From IMG/VR virus record IMGVR_UViG_3300045947_000123, positions 1-40,411 of that record: DNA of 40,411 bases. One strand, written 5' to 3'. Below are positions 27,731 to 36,976 of the stretch, in pieces. Origin of the DNA: a virus (Duplodnaviria > Caudoviricetes). Below the pieces are notes generated by a model. The model saw only the letters and a program-made list of their open reading frames with translations, was not told the DNA's origin and made no database searches. The position numbers were made by a program, and so were the translations under genes. How positions within the stretch are numbered: position 1 is the stretch's first letter; each line of letters starts with the position of its first letter.

Positions 27731-29433
27731 GCCGCCTCCGGCATCGCCTGCCCGTTCCGCGCCTGCGCCATCTCCTGGCCCGTCTTCGCCGCACCGCTCA
27801 CGGCGGCGAGCGCGGGCGCGGCTTTGCCGGCGCTCGTCGCCAGCCGCTCCATGGTGTCCATCTTCTGCGTCTGCTCCAGCTGCGCCTGCCGCTGGGCCCG
27901 CATCTCCGCGATCTCGATCTCCGAGCGGAACGCGCGCGCGGGCACACCGCTCGCCTCGCCCACCATCCGCACCACCTCGTCCAGCTTGTAGACATCCATC
28001 GCGGACGGATCCACCTGGGCGATGGGCAGCGTGACCGCGAAGGTCCGCTCCCAGGCCAGGACATCGCTGCCCTTCTGGGCGCGCGCGAGCGGGCCCTCCG
28101 ACACCACGTCGAGGTGATCCTCGCCCAGCTGCGCGGCCTCCAGCACTTCACTGGGCGGGGGCGGGAGCGCGCCGGCCTGGAACATGAGGGCGAAGGTCCG
28201 CATGACGGTCGGATTGGTGTGCTCGTACTCCAGCCGCCCGAGGGTCGGGCCCAGCACTCGATTCATCAACTCGTAGCGCCGCTCGGTCTCCGTCGCGGTC
28301 ATCGGCTGGTTGCTGGGCAATTGCAGTTGACCGTTGTAGAACATGTCGCGAATCGCGTTCTTCAGCTGCTCCGACTTGATCTGCCCGACCTGGAACTTCG
28401 CGCCAGACTCCAGCGGGATCAGGGCCGTGCGCGGATCATCCCGCACCGTCGTGATCGCGCCCGGCGTCGTGCGGACCGCGCCGATCACGCCGTGATGCCG
28501 GGCGAGCAGGGGCGGCTCAATCGCTTTCGCGATGGCCCGCAGTTCCAACTCCGTCATCCGGTTGAGGGTCCGAATGTCGGGGAGCGCCGTGTGGCCGGGC
28601 CCGCGCCCGTACGTCTCGCCGCTCGCCTTCGTCCACCGGGGCACGGCGAACGGGGCCATGTCGTAACCGCCCTCTTCCAGCAGGCGCTTGTCCTTCTCCG
28701 AGACGTAACAACTCTTCCAGGGCTTATCGAGCTTCTTGCCCCCGTACGCCCCGCCCCGACGCGGCGCGATCCAGTGGAGGAGTTCGACCGGGGTCTGGGG
28801 CTTCTCCTTCGCCATCGTCCCGAGCCGCTCCCCGCACGCCGTCGCGCCGAACCGCTCCAGCACCACGATGGCCGGAAGCGAGAACGTGTAGCCGAGCGTA
28901 TCGACACGCCCCTCCGCGTCCTCCGCGATGACGTACGTCCCGATGGGGATAGCCTTGAAGAGCATCCCCCGGAAGCCGGGGCCCGGCGCGCCCTCGTCAT
29001 CGCGCTCGACCATGAACACCGCCGCCGTGCCGAATGCCCCCAGGTCGAGGTAGGCCTCGAACGTCTCCGCGTTCCAGTTCGATTGCTGGAGGGCACTGTA
29101 CACACGCGCCCCGCAGAGATCGAGCCACTCCTGCACCGCTTGCACCCGATTCAGATCGTCGTTCCGCATGCGGAGCTTGAACCACCGCATCGCGGGAGAG
29201 GTGAGGGAGCCCTGGAGCGACGCGCCCAGGAGTCCGTTCGCGTGGATCGCCGTCGAGTCGAAGAGCCGCGTCGTCAGCTTCTCGCCCGGCGTCGCCGGCT
29301 TCCCGATGGCCCCGAGCTTGCGCGGCTGGATGTACGTCGCGCAGTCCCGCCAATCCGTCTCCCACGGGGCCCGCTGACTGACGAGTTCCCGGTAGGGTTT
29401 CAGGATCTGCTGAACGACATCCTCGACCGGCAC
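27727..29433 (-). CDS. Portal (head-tail connector) protein
   Basis: LFDSTA, WFKL, DLGAFGTA, PRW..GETYGRGP..ALPD, MTATE..R..LGP; T7-like connector family. Confidence 0.95.
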   Translation of the reverse strand: MPVEDVVQQILKPYRELVSQRAPWETDWRDCATYIQPRKLGAIGKPATPGEKLTTRLFDSTAIHANGLLGASLQGSLTSPAMRWFKLRMRNDDLNRVQAVQEWLDLCGARVYSALQQSNWNAETFEAYLDLGAFGTAAVFMVERDDEGAPGPGFRGMLFKAIPIGTYVIAEDAEGRVDTLGYTFSLPAIVVLERFGATACGERLGTMAKEKPQTPVELLHWIAPRRGGAYGGKKLDKPWKSCYVSEKDKRLLEEGGYDMAPFAVPRWTKASGETYGRGPGHTALPDIRTLNRMTELELRAIAKAIEPPLLARHHGVIGAVRTTPGAITTVRDDPRTALIPLESGAKFQVGQIKSEQLKNAIRDMFYNGQLQLPSNQPMTATETERRYELMNRVLGPTLGRLEYEHTNPTVMRTFALMFQAGALPPPPSEVLEAAQLGEDHLDVVSEGPLARAQKGSDVLAWERTFAVTLPIAQVDPSAMDVYKLDEVVRMVGEASGVPARAFRSEIEIAEMRAQRQAQLEQTQKMDTMERLATSAGKAAPALAAVSGAAKTGQEMAQARNGQAMPEAA

Positions 29434-29434
29434 C

Positions 29435-29704
29435 TTAGCGCCCCAGCAGACTCGGCCGCGAGAGCGGCGGCGGCGTCTCGTCCCCCGCGCCGCCCGTCAG
29501 CAGCGTCGAACGAAAGCCCTTCCGCTTCGCCTCGATGTCGCGCAGGGCCCGCACCTCTTCCGCGCGCCGCCGCTTCCCCTCCGTCGCGTCCGGATCGAAC
29601 GTCGGGAACTCCGGCATCGAAAAGCTGACGGCGGGCATCTCGGGGATCTCCGGCGGTTCCTGGTAGGGAGGGATCGGGATCTCCTGCCCGCCAAAGCAGC
29701 CCAT
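29435..29704 (-). CDS. Small virion-assembly protein (MG..P-rich..STLLTG..LLG type)
   Basis: MGCFGG...KGFRSTLLTGGAG..SLLG, typical of the gene before the portal in these podoviruses. Confidence 0.7.
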   Translation of the reverse strand: MGCFGGQEIPIPPYQEPPEIPEMPAVSFSMPEFPTFDPDATEGKRRRAEEVRALRDIEAKRKGFRSTLLTGGAGDETPPPLSRPSLLGR

Positions 29705-30198
29705 CACGCCACCTCCAAGCGATGCCACGTCGTGCGCGGATCCTCCGCGTACGGCACGAACCCCGCGAGCCGCGCGAAGCGCTCCACGCGCCGCCGGTAG
29801 TCCGGCGGATCGGCCTGGTCGATGCCGATCACCACCGTGCGGATCGCGTGCTCGCGCATGAGCGCCAGCCACTGACTCCAGAGCGCGAGGCCGACGCGAT
29901 ACTTCCCGTGCCACTGCTGCAGGCCCCGGAAGAACGAGCAGAGCGCGAGCCCCCCGGCGAGCTTCCGCCCCGCCAGGAACGCGACCGGCTCGCCGTCGGT
30001 CCACGCGACCACCACGAGCCGCGCGTCGTCCGGCACGTCGCGCAGGCCCGTGTCGCCTTCGCCCAGCGGATCGTGATCGGCCAGGATCGCGTAGACCGCC
30101 CCGGCGTTCGTGTCCGTCCATCCCGAGGTGAACGTCAACCCCGCCGCCATCGCGGGGCGCGGCGGCGGCTCCGGCAGCACGCGCAGCGTGTCGGTCAT
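29704..30198 (-). CDS. GNAT-fold-like protein (164 aa)
   Basis: VVAWTDGEPVAFL..HGKYRVGLAL..RFARLAGF. Confidence 0.55.
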   Translation of the reverse strand: MTDTLRVLPEPPPRPAMAAGLTFTSGWTDTNAGAVYAILADHDPLGEGDTGLRDVPDDARLVVVAWTDGEPVAFLAGRKLAGGLALCSFFRGLQQWHGKYRVGLALWSQWLALMREHAIRTVVIGIDQADPPDYRRRVERFARLAGFVPYAEDPRTTWHRLEVA

Positions 30199-30596
30199 GT
30201 GAGCAGGCTCCCGCTGGGCGCGCGGCGCGCGATCAGGCCGCGCGTGCGATCCGCCGACGCGCCCGTCGGCCCCTTGTCTTCCGCCGCCCGCGCCTGCTGT
30301 TCCAGCTGGCGCGTCGGGGGCACCGCCACCACCGGGATCGTCACCGTCTGCGGCGGCGGCACGAAGGCTTTCCCGCCGAAATGCGTGTCGATCCGCTTCT
30401 GCCACTGTGAGTAGGTTTCACCGCGCCGGTTCGCCTCCGCGATCTGCTGCGACACCTCGCCGCTCGTCGCCGCCCGGCCCAAGTACTTCCGGTAGTTCGC
30501 CTGGACGATCTGCTCCGCCTGGGCGAGCGTCAGGCCGGCCTCGCGCGGCCGCTTCGGCCCGAACAGATCCTGCGCGACGTTCCGCACGCAGCCCAT
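30195..30596 (-). CDS. Hypothetical protein
   Basis: 133 aa; coupled to both neighbours. Confidence 0.65.
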   Translation of the reverse strand: MGCVRNVAQDLFGPKRPREAGLTLAQAEQIVQANYRKYLGRAATSGEVSQQIAEANRRGETYSQWQKRIDTHFGGKAFVPPPQTVTIPVVAVPPTRQLEQQARAAEDKGPTGASADRTRGLIARRAPSGSLLT

Positions 30597-30937
30597 CAGC
30601 GATCCCCGCGCGGCGTCAACAGGGACTCGCCCGGCATCGCCCCCTGGACGCGCGCGTAGCGCGGCGCGACGCGGCGGCGCTGCGTGACGGCGACCCCTTC
30701 GCTCGTCCCGCGTCCGCCCGGGGCCCCGATCCCGTCACTCCGCCCGGCCGTCCCCTGGTCGCCGCGCGCGTCCGGCACTCCGGCGGGGCCCGCCGCCGCG
30801 TCCTTGTCGGCCTGGAGCTTCTTCGGATCCTTCGCCGGATCGTACGGGCCCCACTGCTTCGCGCCCCAGTCCCAGATCACCGTCTTGCCCTTCGGGGTGG
30901 TGAACGGGTACGGGGTCTGATAGCTGGGCCCGCCCAT
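30596..30937 (-). CDS. Hypothetical protein
   Basis: 113 aa; coupled in the operon. Confidence 0.65.
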   Translation of the reverse strand: MGGPSYQTPYPFTTPKGKTVIWDWGAKQWGPYDPAKDPKKLQADKDAAAGPAGVPDARGDQGTAGRSDGIGAPGGRGTSEGVAVTQRRRVAPRYARVQGAMPGESLLTPRGDR

Positions 30938-30938
30938 C

Positions 30939-31100
30939 TCAGTCCCCCTTCAGCATCGAGCCGCGTTTCACGCCGCGCCGCTTCTTCGCCTTGTTCACCG
31001 TCGCGTAGAAGACCTGCTTTCCCTTGTCCCCGCCGTACTGCGCCTGCATGGCCTTCATCACCGCCGCCCCCTTGCCCCCGAAATACTTACTGAGTGGCAT
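30939..31100 (-). CDS. Small basic phage protein (53 aa; not in the ORF track)
   Basis: MPLSKYFGGKGAAVMKAMQAQYGGDKGKQVFYATVNK; GGAG RBS. Confidence 0.7.
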   Translation of the reverse strand: MPLSKYFGGKGAAVMKAMQAQYGGDKGKQVFYATVNKAKKRRGVKRGSMLKGD

Positions 31101-31272
31101 CGGGCGGCTCCGTCGGGGGACACGTGGGCTCGCCGCGCCCCGGCTCCCCCGGCCGGAACTCCTGGTGGCTCACGTGCTGCGTCACGCCCGATGGCGGCGA
31201 CGCGATCAGTTCCGGCCGCTGCAACGCCGGCTCCGGCTCCGCATTCGGGTAGTTGGGATCCGGCATCCCGCT

Positions 31273-32724
31273 TCAGCCCCGGTACGGATCCCACGGGCCG
31301 ACCGGCTGCGGGGCCCACGGATCCCCGTCCGCTGCCGGCATCCGAATCCCCGCCTGCAGGATCCGCGCGTCCGCCGCGTTCCCGTACGGATCGAACTGCG
31401 TGATCGCCTGCAGCTGGTAGCGCTCCGGCTCCGGGTCTTGGAGCCCCACCGCCAGGTGCCCGAACGCATCCGCCCCGTGCGAACTCCAGTCGTGCGCGGG
31501 CTTCAGCCCAAAGCTCCGCGTCTCCTCATCCCACTCCTTGTGGTACTGCCCCAACGCCGCCAGCCCGCCGAGACACGTCACTTCATCGAAGTAACAGCGC
31601 GGGAACAGCACGCGCGCCGCCGTGATCCGCTCCAGCGGGTTCATCTTCGGGATCACCCGGAAATGCAGCGGCGGGTTCAAGTCCCGCGCAATCTCGTACG
31701 GGTTCTTCCCGCTCCCGAACTCCGTCTTCCGCACGTCGTGCGGCGCGGTGTGCGCCAGCCCCGGCCGGTACCCGTACCGCTTCCCCTGCACGAGCGCGTT
31801 CAGCTGGATCAGGTTCGACCCGCTCCCTTCGAAGTAGTCGATCAGCACCACCCGCCGCCCCACCTGCTGGTACCACCAGATCGCCGTCTCGTCCCGATAC
31901 CCCAGATCCCACGCCGTCTCCACCGGGTACCGCGAGTCGTACGGGAACCGCCCGATCCGCCCCTCCGCCCGCGCCCGCCCCAACTCCGCCTGGTAGTACG
32001 CGCCCGGCGTGTGCCCCTGAAACGCGCAGTAGTACTCCTGCTGGATCCGGTCCTCGTCCATCCCGGCCGCGCGTTCCTCCGCCAGATCCGCCGCCGTGAA
32101 CACCCCGTCCGTGTCGTCCACCGTCAGCCGCTGACAGAACCACGCCGGGTTCTGACTCGCCATCCGGTACAACGTCGCCCCGATATTGTCCGCGCCCCCA
32201 ATCGGCGTGTACGCGAACACCGCCCACCCCTTGTTCTGCCGGATGATCGGGGCCACCACCTCCCACGCCTGCGGGTGCTGCTTCCCGTACTCCGAGAACA
32301 CCACCCCCACCGGATTCGGCCCCCGCATGTCGTCGTACCGATCCGACCCAATGATCTGAAAACTCGCCCCGTTCACGAACGTGATCCGCATGTCCGTCTC
32401 GTTCCGACTCGCCACCAACTCCGGCGGAATGAACCGCAAGAACGGCTCCCCGTCCGTGATCCCCTCCCACACCACCCGCCGCCCCTGCTGGAACGTCGGA
32501 AACACGTAGTAATACGTCCCCACCCGCTGCAGCGCCGCACACACCAACCAGTTGAACGCCGTCGTGTCCTTCCCCGCCCGCCGATGCCACACCAACGCCG
32601 CGTACCGACACCCCCCCGTCATCGCGTCCCAGAACGCCTGCTGATACCGACGCGGCGCGTACCCGTGCGGCAACTCCGGCGTCGTCAGCGCCGGCCGGAC
32701 CGGCGTCCGCGCACTCCGCCCCAT
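31273..32724 (-). CDS. terL: Terminase large subunit
   Basis: Walker A WHRRAGKD, Walker B VVFSEY, coupling motif YTP, RNase H-like TAWDLG and SHGADAF. Confidence 0.95.
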   Translation of the reverse strand: MGRSARTPVRPALTTPELPHGYAPRRYQQAFWDAMTGGCRYAALVWHRRAGKDTTAFNWLVCAALQRVGTYYYVFPTFQQGRRVVWEGITDGEPFLRFIPPELVASRNETDMRITFVNGASFQIIGSDRYDDMRGPNPVGVVFSEYGKQHPQAWEVVAPIIRQNKGWAVFAYTPIGGADNIGATLYRMASQNPAWFCQRLTVDDTDGVFTAADLAEERAAGMDEDRIQQEYYCAFQGHTPGAYYQAELGRARAEGRIGRFPYDSRYPVETAWDLGYRDETAIWWYQQVGRRVVLIDYFEGSGSNLIQLNALVQGKRYGYRPGLAHTAPHDVRKTEFGSGKNPYEIARDLNPPLHFRVIPKMNPLERITAARVLFPRCYFDEVTCLGGLAALGQYHKEWDEETRSFGLKPAHDWSSHGADAFGHLAVGLQDPEPERYQLQAITQFDPYGNAADARILQAGIRMPAADGDPWAPQPVGPWDPYRG

Positions 32725-32813
32725 CTACCCGCCGTCCCCCGGATCCGTCGGCCCGTGACCCGCACCGTCCGCCGGCCCGCACGGCCCGGGCGCCCCCGCC
32801 TCACCCCCCGCCC

Positions 32814-33101
32814 TCACCCCGCCGCCCACGTCCCCGCCTCCGCCACCACCTTCACGTTGACCCCACTCCCCGCACACCGCCAGAACGGCTCCCGCACATG
32901 CTGCGGCGTCGGCCGCTGCAACGGCCCCGTCCCCGCCAACCCCACCGGCGGATTCGCCGGATCGATCTGCACCACCTGCGGCGGCACCACCCCAACGATG
33001 AACCCCTGCCCACACACCTCACACACCACCCGCGCCCGATTAATCGTCACCGGACTCGCCGCCGTCCCCTCCGGCATCCCACTCCACGCCACTTCGCTCA
33101 T
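32814..33101 (-). CDS. Hypothetical protein with CxxC
   Basis: MSEVAWSG start with GGGAGG RBS; VCEVCG. Confidence 0.5.
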   Translation of the reverse strand: MSEVAWSGMPEGTAASPVTINRARVVCEVCGQGFIVGVVPPQVVQIDPANPPVGLAGTGPLQRPTPQHVREPFWRCAGSGVNVKVVAEAGTWAAG

Positions 33102-33542
33102 CCCCGTCCCTCCCGCCGCCGCGGCGCGTCCCGCCGTCCCCCCCCGCAGATTCGCCAGATTCGTCCCCATCCCCGCCGGGCTCGTCTGCGTCGCCGGACC
33201 CGCCGAGGGGGGGACGCCCACCGAGGGGGTCTCCACGCGGTTTTCCGCTGGCTTTTTTCCGGGGGTGCCGGGGGGGGCGGGCTTCGCGCGCGTGTTAGGT
33301 GCGCTTAATCTTTCCCGGTCTTCGCTCATCGGTCGTGCTCCAGGTCGCGGGGCCGTGGATGATGACGGTCGAGACCGGGTCGGACGGCGCGCAGAACGGC
33401 GCGCCACGGGGCCTAGCCGCCCCCAGGCCGCACGTGGAGCGGGCAGGCCAGGGAGAGAGGCCGACGGCACATGGCCGAGGCGTCCTGTGCCCCCACAGGC
33501 GACCACCCATCGGCTGCCATAACCGATTGGTCATGCAGCGGA

Positions 33543-33929
33543 TCACCGCTCTGATGGCGGGGTTTCGCCATCGGTCACTTGCTTCGTCCACAATCCGTGA
33601 GCAATCGGCCCGCTTCCACGGGGTTGCACCTGGGCGTACGGCGCGATGTGGACGATCACGCGGGGCGCGACGGTCGGCATGCTCGATGCCGACGGCACCC
33701 GCTCTGCGCGGATGGCCTGCGCGCACAACCGCATCTCGCGCGCATCGGAGCCCGGAAGCTCGCCCCGCATGCCGCGCGTGAGCACCACACCGGCCTCGTT
33801 CACGATCTGATCCGTGAAGGCGAGCGCGCGCGCCACCAGTGCATCGCCAGTCGGGTCATGTGAGCGTGGCCGCGATTGTTTTCGATCTGCCGGCAAGCCT
33901 GACGACGAAGGCTTTTGGTGGGAAGTCAT
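33543..33929 (-). CDS. Hypothetical protein (terminase small subunit candidate by position)
   Basis: 128 aa, helical, upstream of terL; no motif recognised. Confidence 0.45.
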   Translation of the reverse strand: MTSHQKPSSSGLPADRKQSRPRSHDPTGDALVARALAFTDQIVNEAGVVLTRGMRGELPGSDAREMRLCAQAIRAERVPSASSMPTVAPRVIVHIAPYAQVQPRGSGPIAHGLWTKQVTDGETPPSER

Positions 33930-34273
33930 GCGGCGGGGCGGGCGGCGAGATCGGTGTAGGCCTGATGGCGCGTCTTGCCGACGCGGAGCAGCAGGCGACG
34001 GGCGAGGAGGACATCGCGATGGCTGAGCATGCGGTAGCGGCGATGGCGCTTGTCGTGGCGGTAGAGCGGGCGGTCGAAGAGGGCGCGTTTGCGAGAGAGC
34101 AGGCTCCAGAGGGCCCGATCATTCCGGCACGGGATGAGGATCACGGCTTGCGGGATGGAGTACATGGGTTCGATAGGGCGACACATCGCGAGGTGGTGAT
34201 CGAGCACCTCGCGGAGCCGCTGGACATCGGCCGCGAGGCTCGTCAGGCTCGATTCGGGCTCGTGTCCGCCCAT
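33926..34273 (-). CDS. Hypothetical basic protein, possibly DNA-binding
   Basis: 115 aa; MYSIPQAVILI resembles a wHTH start; ATGA coupling. Confidence 0.55.
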   Translation of the reverse strand: MGGHEPESSLTSLAADVQRLREVLDHHLAMCRPIEPMYSIPQAVILIPCRNDRALWSLLSRKRALFDRPLYRHDKRHRRYRMLSHRDVLLARRLLLRVGKTRHQAYTDLAARPAA

Positions 34274-34326
34274 CCCACACCCCCGCCCTGCCGCCCTTGC
34301 GATGCTGCCATGCTCACGATGGGGCG

Positions 34327-34356
34327 AGGGTACGAGGGAGGCGGGGCGCGTGTCAA
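34327..34356 (-). promoter_or_regulatory. Putative sigma70-type promoter upstream of the packaging/virion genes
   Basis: TTGACA (34356-34351), 18-nt spacer, TACCCT (34332-34327) in an intergenic gap. Confidence 0.45.
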
Positions 34357-34438
34357 AAGCACTGCTGGTAGGTCAGTGCTAGGCGCGTCGTGCTGGTGCG
34401 CACTGCTGGAGGGATGTGGGAAATCGGGGACCGGAACG

Positions 34439-34651
34439 TCATACCCCGAGCCCCGGGAGGTGGCGGGCGAGCAGCTGCTCCGCGACGGCGACGCGCATCA
34501 GGGTCACGTAGCGGTGGGAGTGGGCCACGCGGCGGCGGATCCGGGGCACCTTGATGCCGAGCTTCTCGTCCTGATAGATCCAGCGCTGGATGGTGCGCGG
34601 GGACAACTGCCAGGCCTGCGCCATCTCGCGGTAGGTGACCAGCTGCGTCAC
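34439..34651 (-). CDS. Small HTH (MerR/excisionase-like) protein
   Basis: LVTYREMAQAWQLSPRTIQRWI. Confidence 0.75.
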   Translation of the reverse strand: MTQLVTYREMAQAWQLSPRTIQRWIYQDEKLGIKVPRIRRRVAHSHRYVTLMRVAVAEQLLARHLPGLGV

Positions 34652-35265
34652 GGGACGTAACCCCGGGCGCGCCGGAGATCCTCCCGGCGGGCCATGATGG
34701 CCGCGAGCGGCTCCGGTCCGGCCGAGTCCGGTCCGGCCGAGGTGGCTGAAAGCCCCTCCGTGTCACGCTGTGACACCGGGACGGGAAGGGACGGGTTTGG
34801 GACGGGACGGGACGGGACGGGAGAAGGCCCTGTGACAACGTCGTGAGTCACGCGGCTGTCACGGTGTGACTCACGGCGTGAGTCACGCTGTGCGTCACGC
34901 ACCTCATCGAGGGTGGCCTGGATGCGCTCCCGACGGCGGTGTTGTCGGACGTTGTTGGCCCGCTTCCCGGCGGCGCGCTCGACGGCGGAGAGGTTGTGGT
35001 CGAGGTAGTCGTGGATCCGCCAGTCGACCCCGTCGGCGTCCCAGAGCTTCAGCGTCACCATCTGCGCGAGCAGGCGCTTCGACGGGCGCGGACAGCCCGG
35101 CATGAGGAGCGCGAGCGCCGGGCGCGAGATCCGCCCATCGGTGTCGTGCCGCTGCGCGTAACAGAGCGACGCGACGTAGAGCCCGAACACCGCGAGGGCA
35201 TCGGTCCCGGCCGCGATGAGCTTGTCGTGGTGCGGCAGCAAGTCATCGAGCTTGACCCAACTCAC
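34648..35265 (-). CDS. Putative phage replication initiator
   Basis: VSWVKLDD..HDKL..LYV..LCYA..TDGRI..WRIHDYLDHN followed by a low-complexity linker carrying repeats; GAGGAGG RBS, GTG start. Confidence 0.65.
   Translation of the reverse strand: MSWVKLDDLLPHHDKLIAAGTDALAVFGLYVASLCYAQRHDTDGRISRPALALLMPGCPRPSKRLLAQMVTLKLWDADGVDWRIHDYLDHNLSAVERAAGKRANNVRQHRRRERIQATLDEVRDAQRDSRRESHRDSRVTHDVVTGPSPVPSRPVPNPSLPVPVSQRDTEGLSATSAGPDSAGPEPLAAIMARREDLRRARGYVP
34758..34900. repeat. Iteron-like repeats within the rep gene (ori candidate)
   Basis: Clustered GTCAC/GTGAC and CGTGAGTCACG copies (34842-52, 34877-87) plus a (GGGAC)n run at 34778-34822. Confidence 0.55.
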
Positions 35266-35281
35266 GAGGCCTCCTCTCGAG

Positions 35282-35326
35282 CCAAGCACGTTGGATCTTG
35301 ACACCCAAGCTGCTTGGCTGTAGCGT
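35282..35326 (+). promoter_or_regulatory. Sigma70-type promoter with paired operators
   Basis: TTGACA 35298-303, 17-nt spacer, TAGCGT 35321-326; CCAA-N5-TTGG palindromes at 35282-94 and 35305-17. Confidence 0.7.
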
Positions 35327-35365
35327 GAGTCCACCATGCAGTCCAACACGAGAGAGGAGAACGCG

Positions 35366-35638
35366 ATGAACAGCGCACCCTACATCCTCAAGTTGACTGG
35401 CGGGCCGACTCGCCGGACCCAGTGGTCGTGGTTCCTCCAGAATCCACAATCTGGCGGCTTCGGCCAGAACGCAGGCGCAGGAGTATCCCGCGCGCGCGCC
35501 ATCTGGCAGGGGATCCGCGTCCTGCCGGTGGGCACGCGGTACGTCCTTGTCGTGAACGGGAAGGAGATCGGGGAGTTCATCCGGCGCGAGGTCGAGTACG
35601 CGCCTCGTGCCACCGGCATGAAGAGAGCGAGGGCCTGA
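35366..35638 (+). CDS. Hypothetical protein
   Basis: GAGGAG RBS, MNSAPYIL start; first gene after the promoter. Confidence 0.65.
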   Translation: MNSAPYILKLTGGPTRRTQWSWFLQNPQSGGFGQNAGAGVSRARAIWQGIRVLPVGTRYVLVVNGKEIGEFIRREVEYAPRATGMKRARA

Positions 35639-35641
35639 CCG

Positions 35642-35872
35642 ATGATCACCCGCGTAGACAACCACCTCGTGACGGCGTCGTACAAGGACTGCCCGCAGTA
35701 CGTCCGGTTCGTGGCACGGCCCGCGATCACCAGGGACGGTATCGATGGCTTGGTGATCACGCTCGTGGACAACACCCGGAAGGTGGGGCAGGAGCGGTCG
35801 CTGTCGCTCACCGGCACGGACATCGCGGCGCTTCGTGACCTCCTCAACGACTACTTCCCGAAAGGAGCCTAG
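35642..35872 (+). CDS. Hypothetical protein
   Basis: 76 aa, operon spacing. Confidence 0.65.
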   Translation: MITRVDNHLVTASYKDCPQYVRFVARPAITRDGIDGLVITLVDNTRKVGQERSLSLTGTDIAALRDLLNDYFPKGA

Positions 35873-35875
35873 GCC

Positions 35876-36055
35876 ATGGCGCGACGAGGGGCAGTCATCT
35901 ACACCGTCTGGATCCGGCACCTCGACGGCTCGCGTCAGGTGTCGCGGTTCTTTCACACCAAGCTCGCGGCGACTCGGTGGGCCCGGTTCGTGGGCGGCAC
36001 GTTGCCGGTCGCGTACCGGGGCGTCGAGATCACGAAGGAGACAACCCATGCCTGA
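35876..36055 (+). CDS. Hypothetical protein (59 aa; not in the ORF track)
   Basis: AAGGAG RBS; MARRGAVIYTVWIRH... Confidence 0.6.
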   Translation: MARRGAVIYTVWIRHLDGSRQVSRFFHTKLAATRWARFVGGTLPVAYRGVEITKETTHA

Positions 36056-36248
36056 CATCACGGTCGAGAACCACGGCAGCATCTGGATGCTGCGACCCAC
36101 GAGCCGCGCCGGGAAGCGGTGGATCCGCGAGAACCTCGCGCCGGTCGCGGAGTCCTGGCAGTGGCTGAACGAGGCACTGGTGGTCGAGCCTCGCTTCGTG
36201 CCCGACATCGTCTGCGGCGCGCAGGCGGACGGGCTAGAGGTGCGGTGA
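36048..36248 (+). CDS. Hypothetical protein (66 aa)
   Basis: AAGGAG RBS; ENHGSIWMLRP..W..EN..VVEPR motif. Confidence 0.7.
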   Translation: MPDITVENHGSIWMLRPTSRAGKRWIRENLAPVAESWQWLNEALVVEPRFVPDIVCGAQADGLEVR

Positions 36249-36451
36249 TGGCGAAGACCGTGGTGGTCCGCCTCACTGTGTCGGAAGCCGTGAACCTCTC
36301 CCATGCGGTGGGCGACAGCCTCCACAGCGAAGAGGATGCGCTGGCCATCTTCGCGGATGACCGGCGCGCCGTAAGCGCAGCGTATCGGGGCCAGCGGAAG
36401 CTGAACGATGCGATCCGCGCCGTGAGCGGCTTCACGCGGAAGCAGGCCTAA
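36248..36451 (+). CDS. Hypothetical protein (67 aa)
   Basis: TGATG coupling; GAGG RBS. Confidence 0.6.
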   Translation: MAKTVVVRLTVSEAVNLSHAVGDSLHSEEDALAIFADDRRAVSAAYRGQRKLNDAIRAVSGFTRKQA

Positions 36452-36616
36452 ATGGCCCACGAGTGCCGGCGCTTCGCGATCACGGAGGCCGGGGGCTTCG
36501 CGTGGCGGCAGTGCGTGGAGTGTGGCCGGAAGGAACGCGGGAAGCTCGTGAACACGCACGTGGCGGGCGGGCCGGAGAGCGAAGCGCTCCAGCCCCAGCC
36601 CCGCCGGGAGGACTGA
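36452..36616 (+). CDS. Small Cys/His protein (54 aa; not in the ORF track)
   Basis: HEC...CVECG; starts right after the previous stop. Confidence 0.5.
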   Translation: MAHECRRFAITEAGGFAWRQCVECGRKERGKLVNTHVAGGPESEALQPQPRRED

Positions 36617-36619
36617 GGC

Positions 36620-36976
36620 ATGGAACGGCTGCAGCTGCAGCAGCAGGTCGTCCAGCGACTCGTCAGCTGGTCGTGGACGCGGGACGCCGCGTTGCTCCGG
36701 TCGCTGGACCTGTTCGATCTCGTGCAGGCCGCGCGCGAGGTCTGCCGGAACGACGCGCCCCTGATCGTGGATCCGGCGGTCCGCTGCGCCGCGCATCCGC
36801 ACCTCACGCTCCGCTGTCAGGGGTGTGCCGGCGCAGCGGGCGGGAAGAAGAAGTCTCGGGCGAAGACGCGCGCGGCGCGGGAGAACGCCGTGCGCGCCGG
36901 CCGGGCGAACCGACGACGGGCCCGCGCCCGGGTCCGAGTGCTGTCCACCCCCACCACCAAGGAGGAGAACCGATGA
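36620..36976 (+). CDS. Hypothetical protein with Zn-binding and basic tail
   Basis: CAAH...CQGCAGAAGGKKKS..K..AARENA. Confidence 0.65.
   Translation: MERLQLQQQVVQRLVSWSWTRDAALLRSLDLFDLVQAAREVCRNDAPLIVDPAVRCAAHPHLTLRCQGCAGAAGGKKKSRAKTRAARENAVRAGRANRRRARARVRVLSTPTTKEENR

Noticed and set aside
11048-33522. Long plus-strand ORFs opposite the structural genes (e.g. 12879..15125, 15300..17468, 20961..23054, 31024..33522)
   Set aside because: Antisense shadows caused by high GC and codon bias; no motifs
34778-34822. Second pentamer guide array
   Set aside because: Short, nearly invariant GGGAC run inside a coding sequence, with no variable dinucleotides or delimiter; treated as part of the ori candidate
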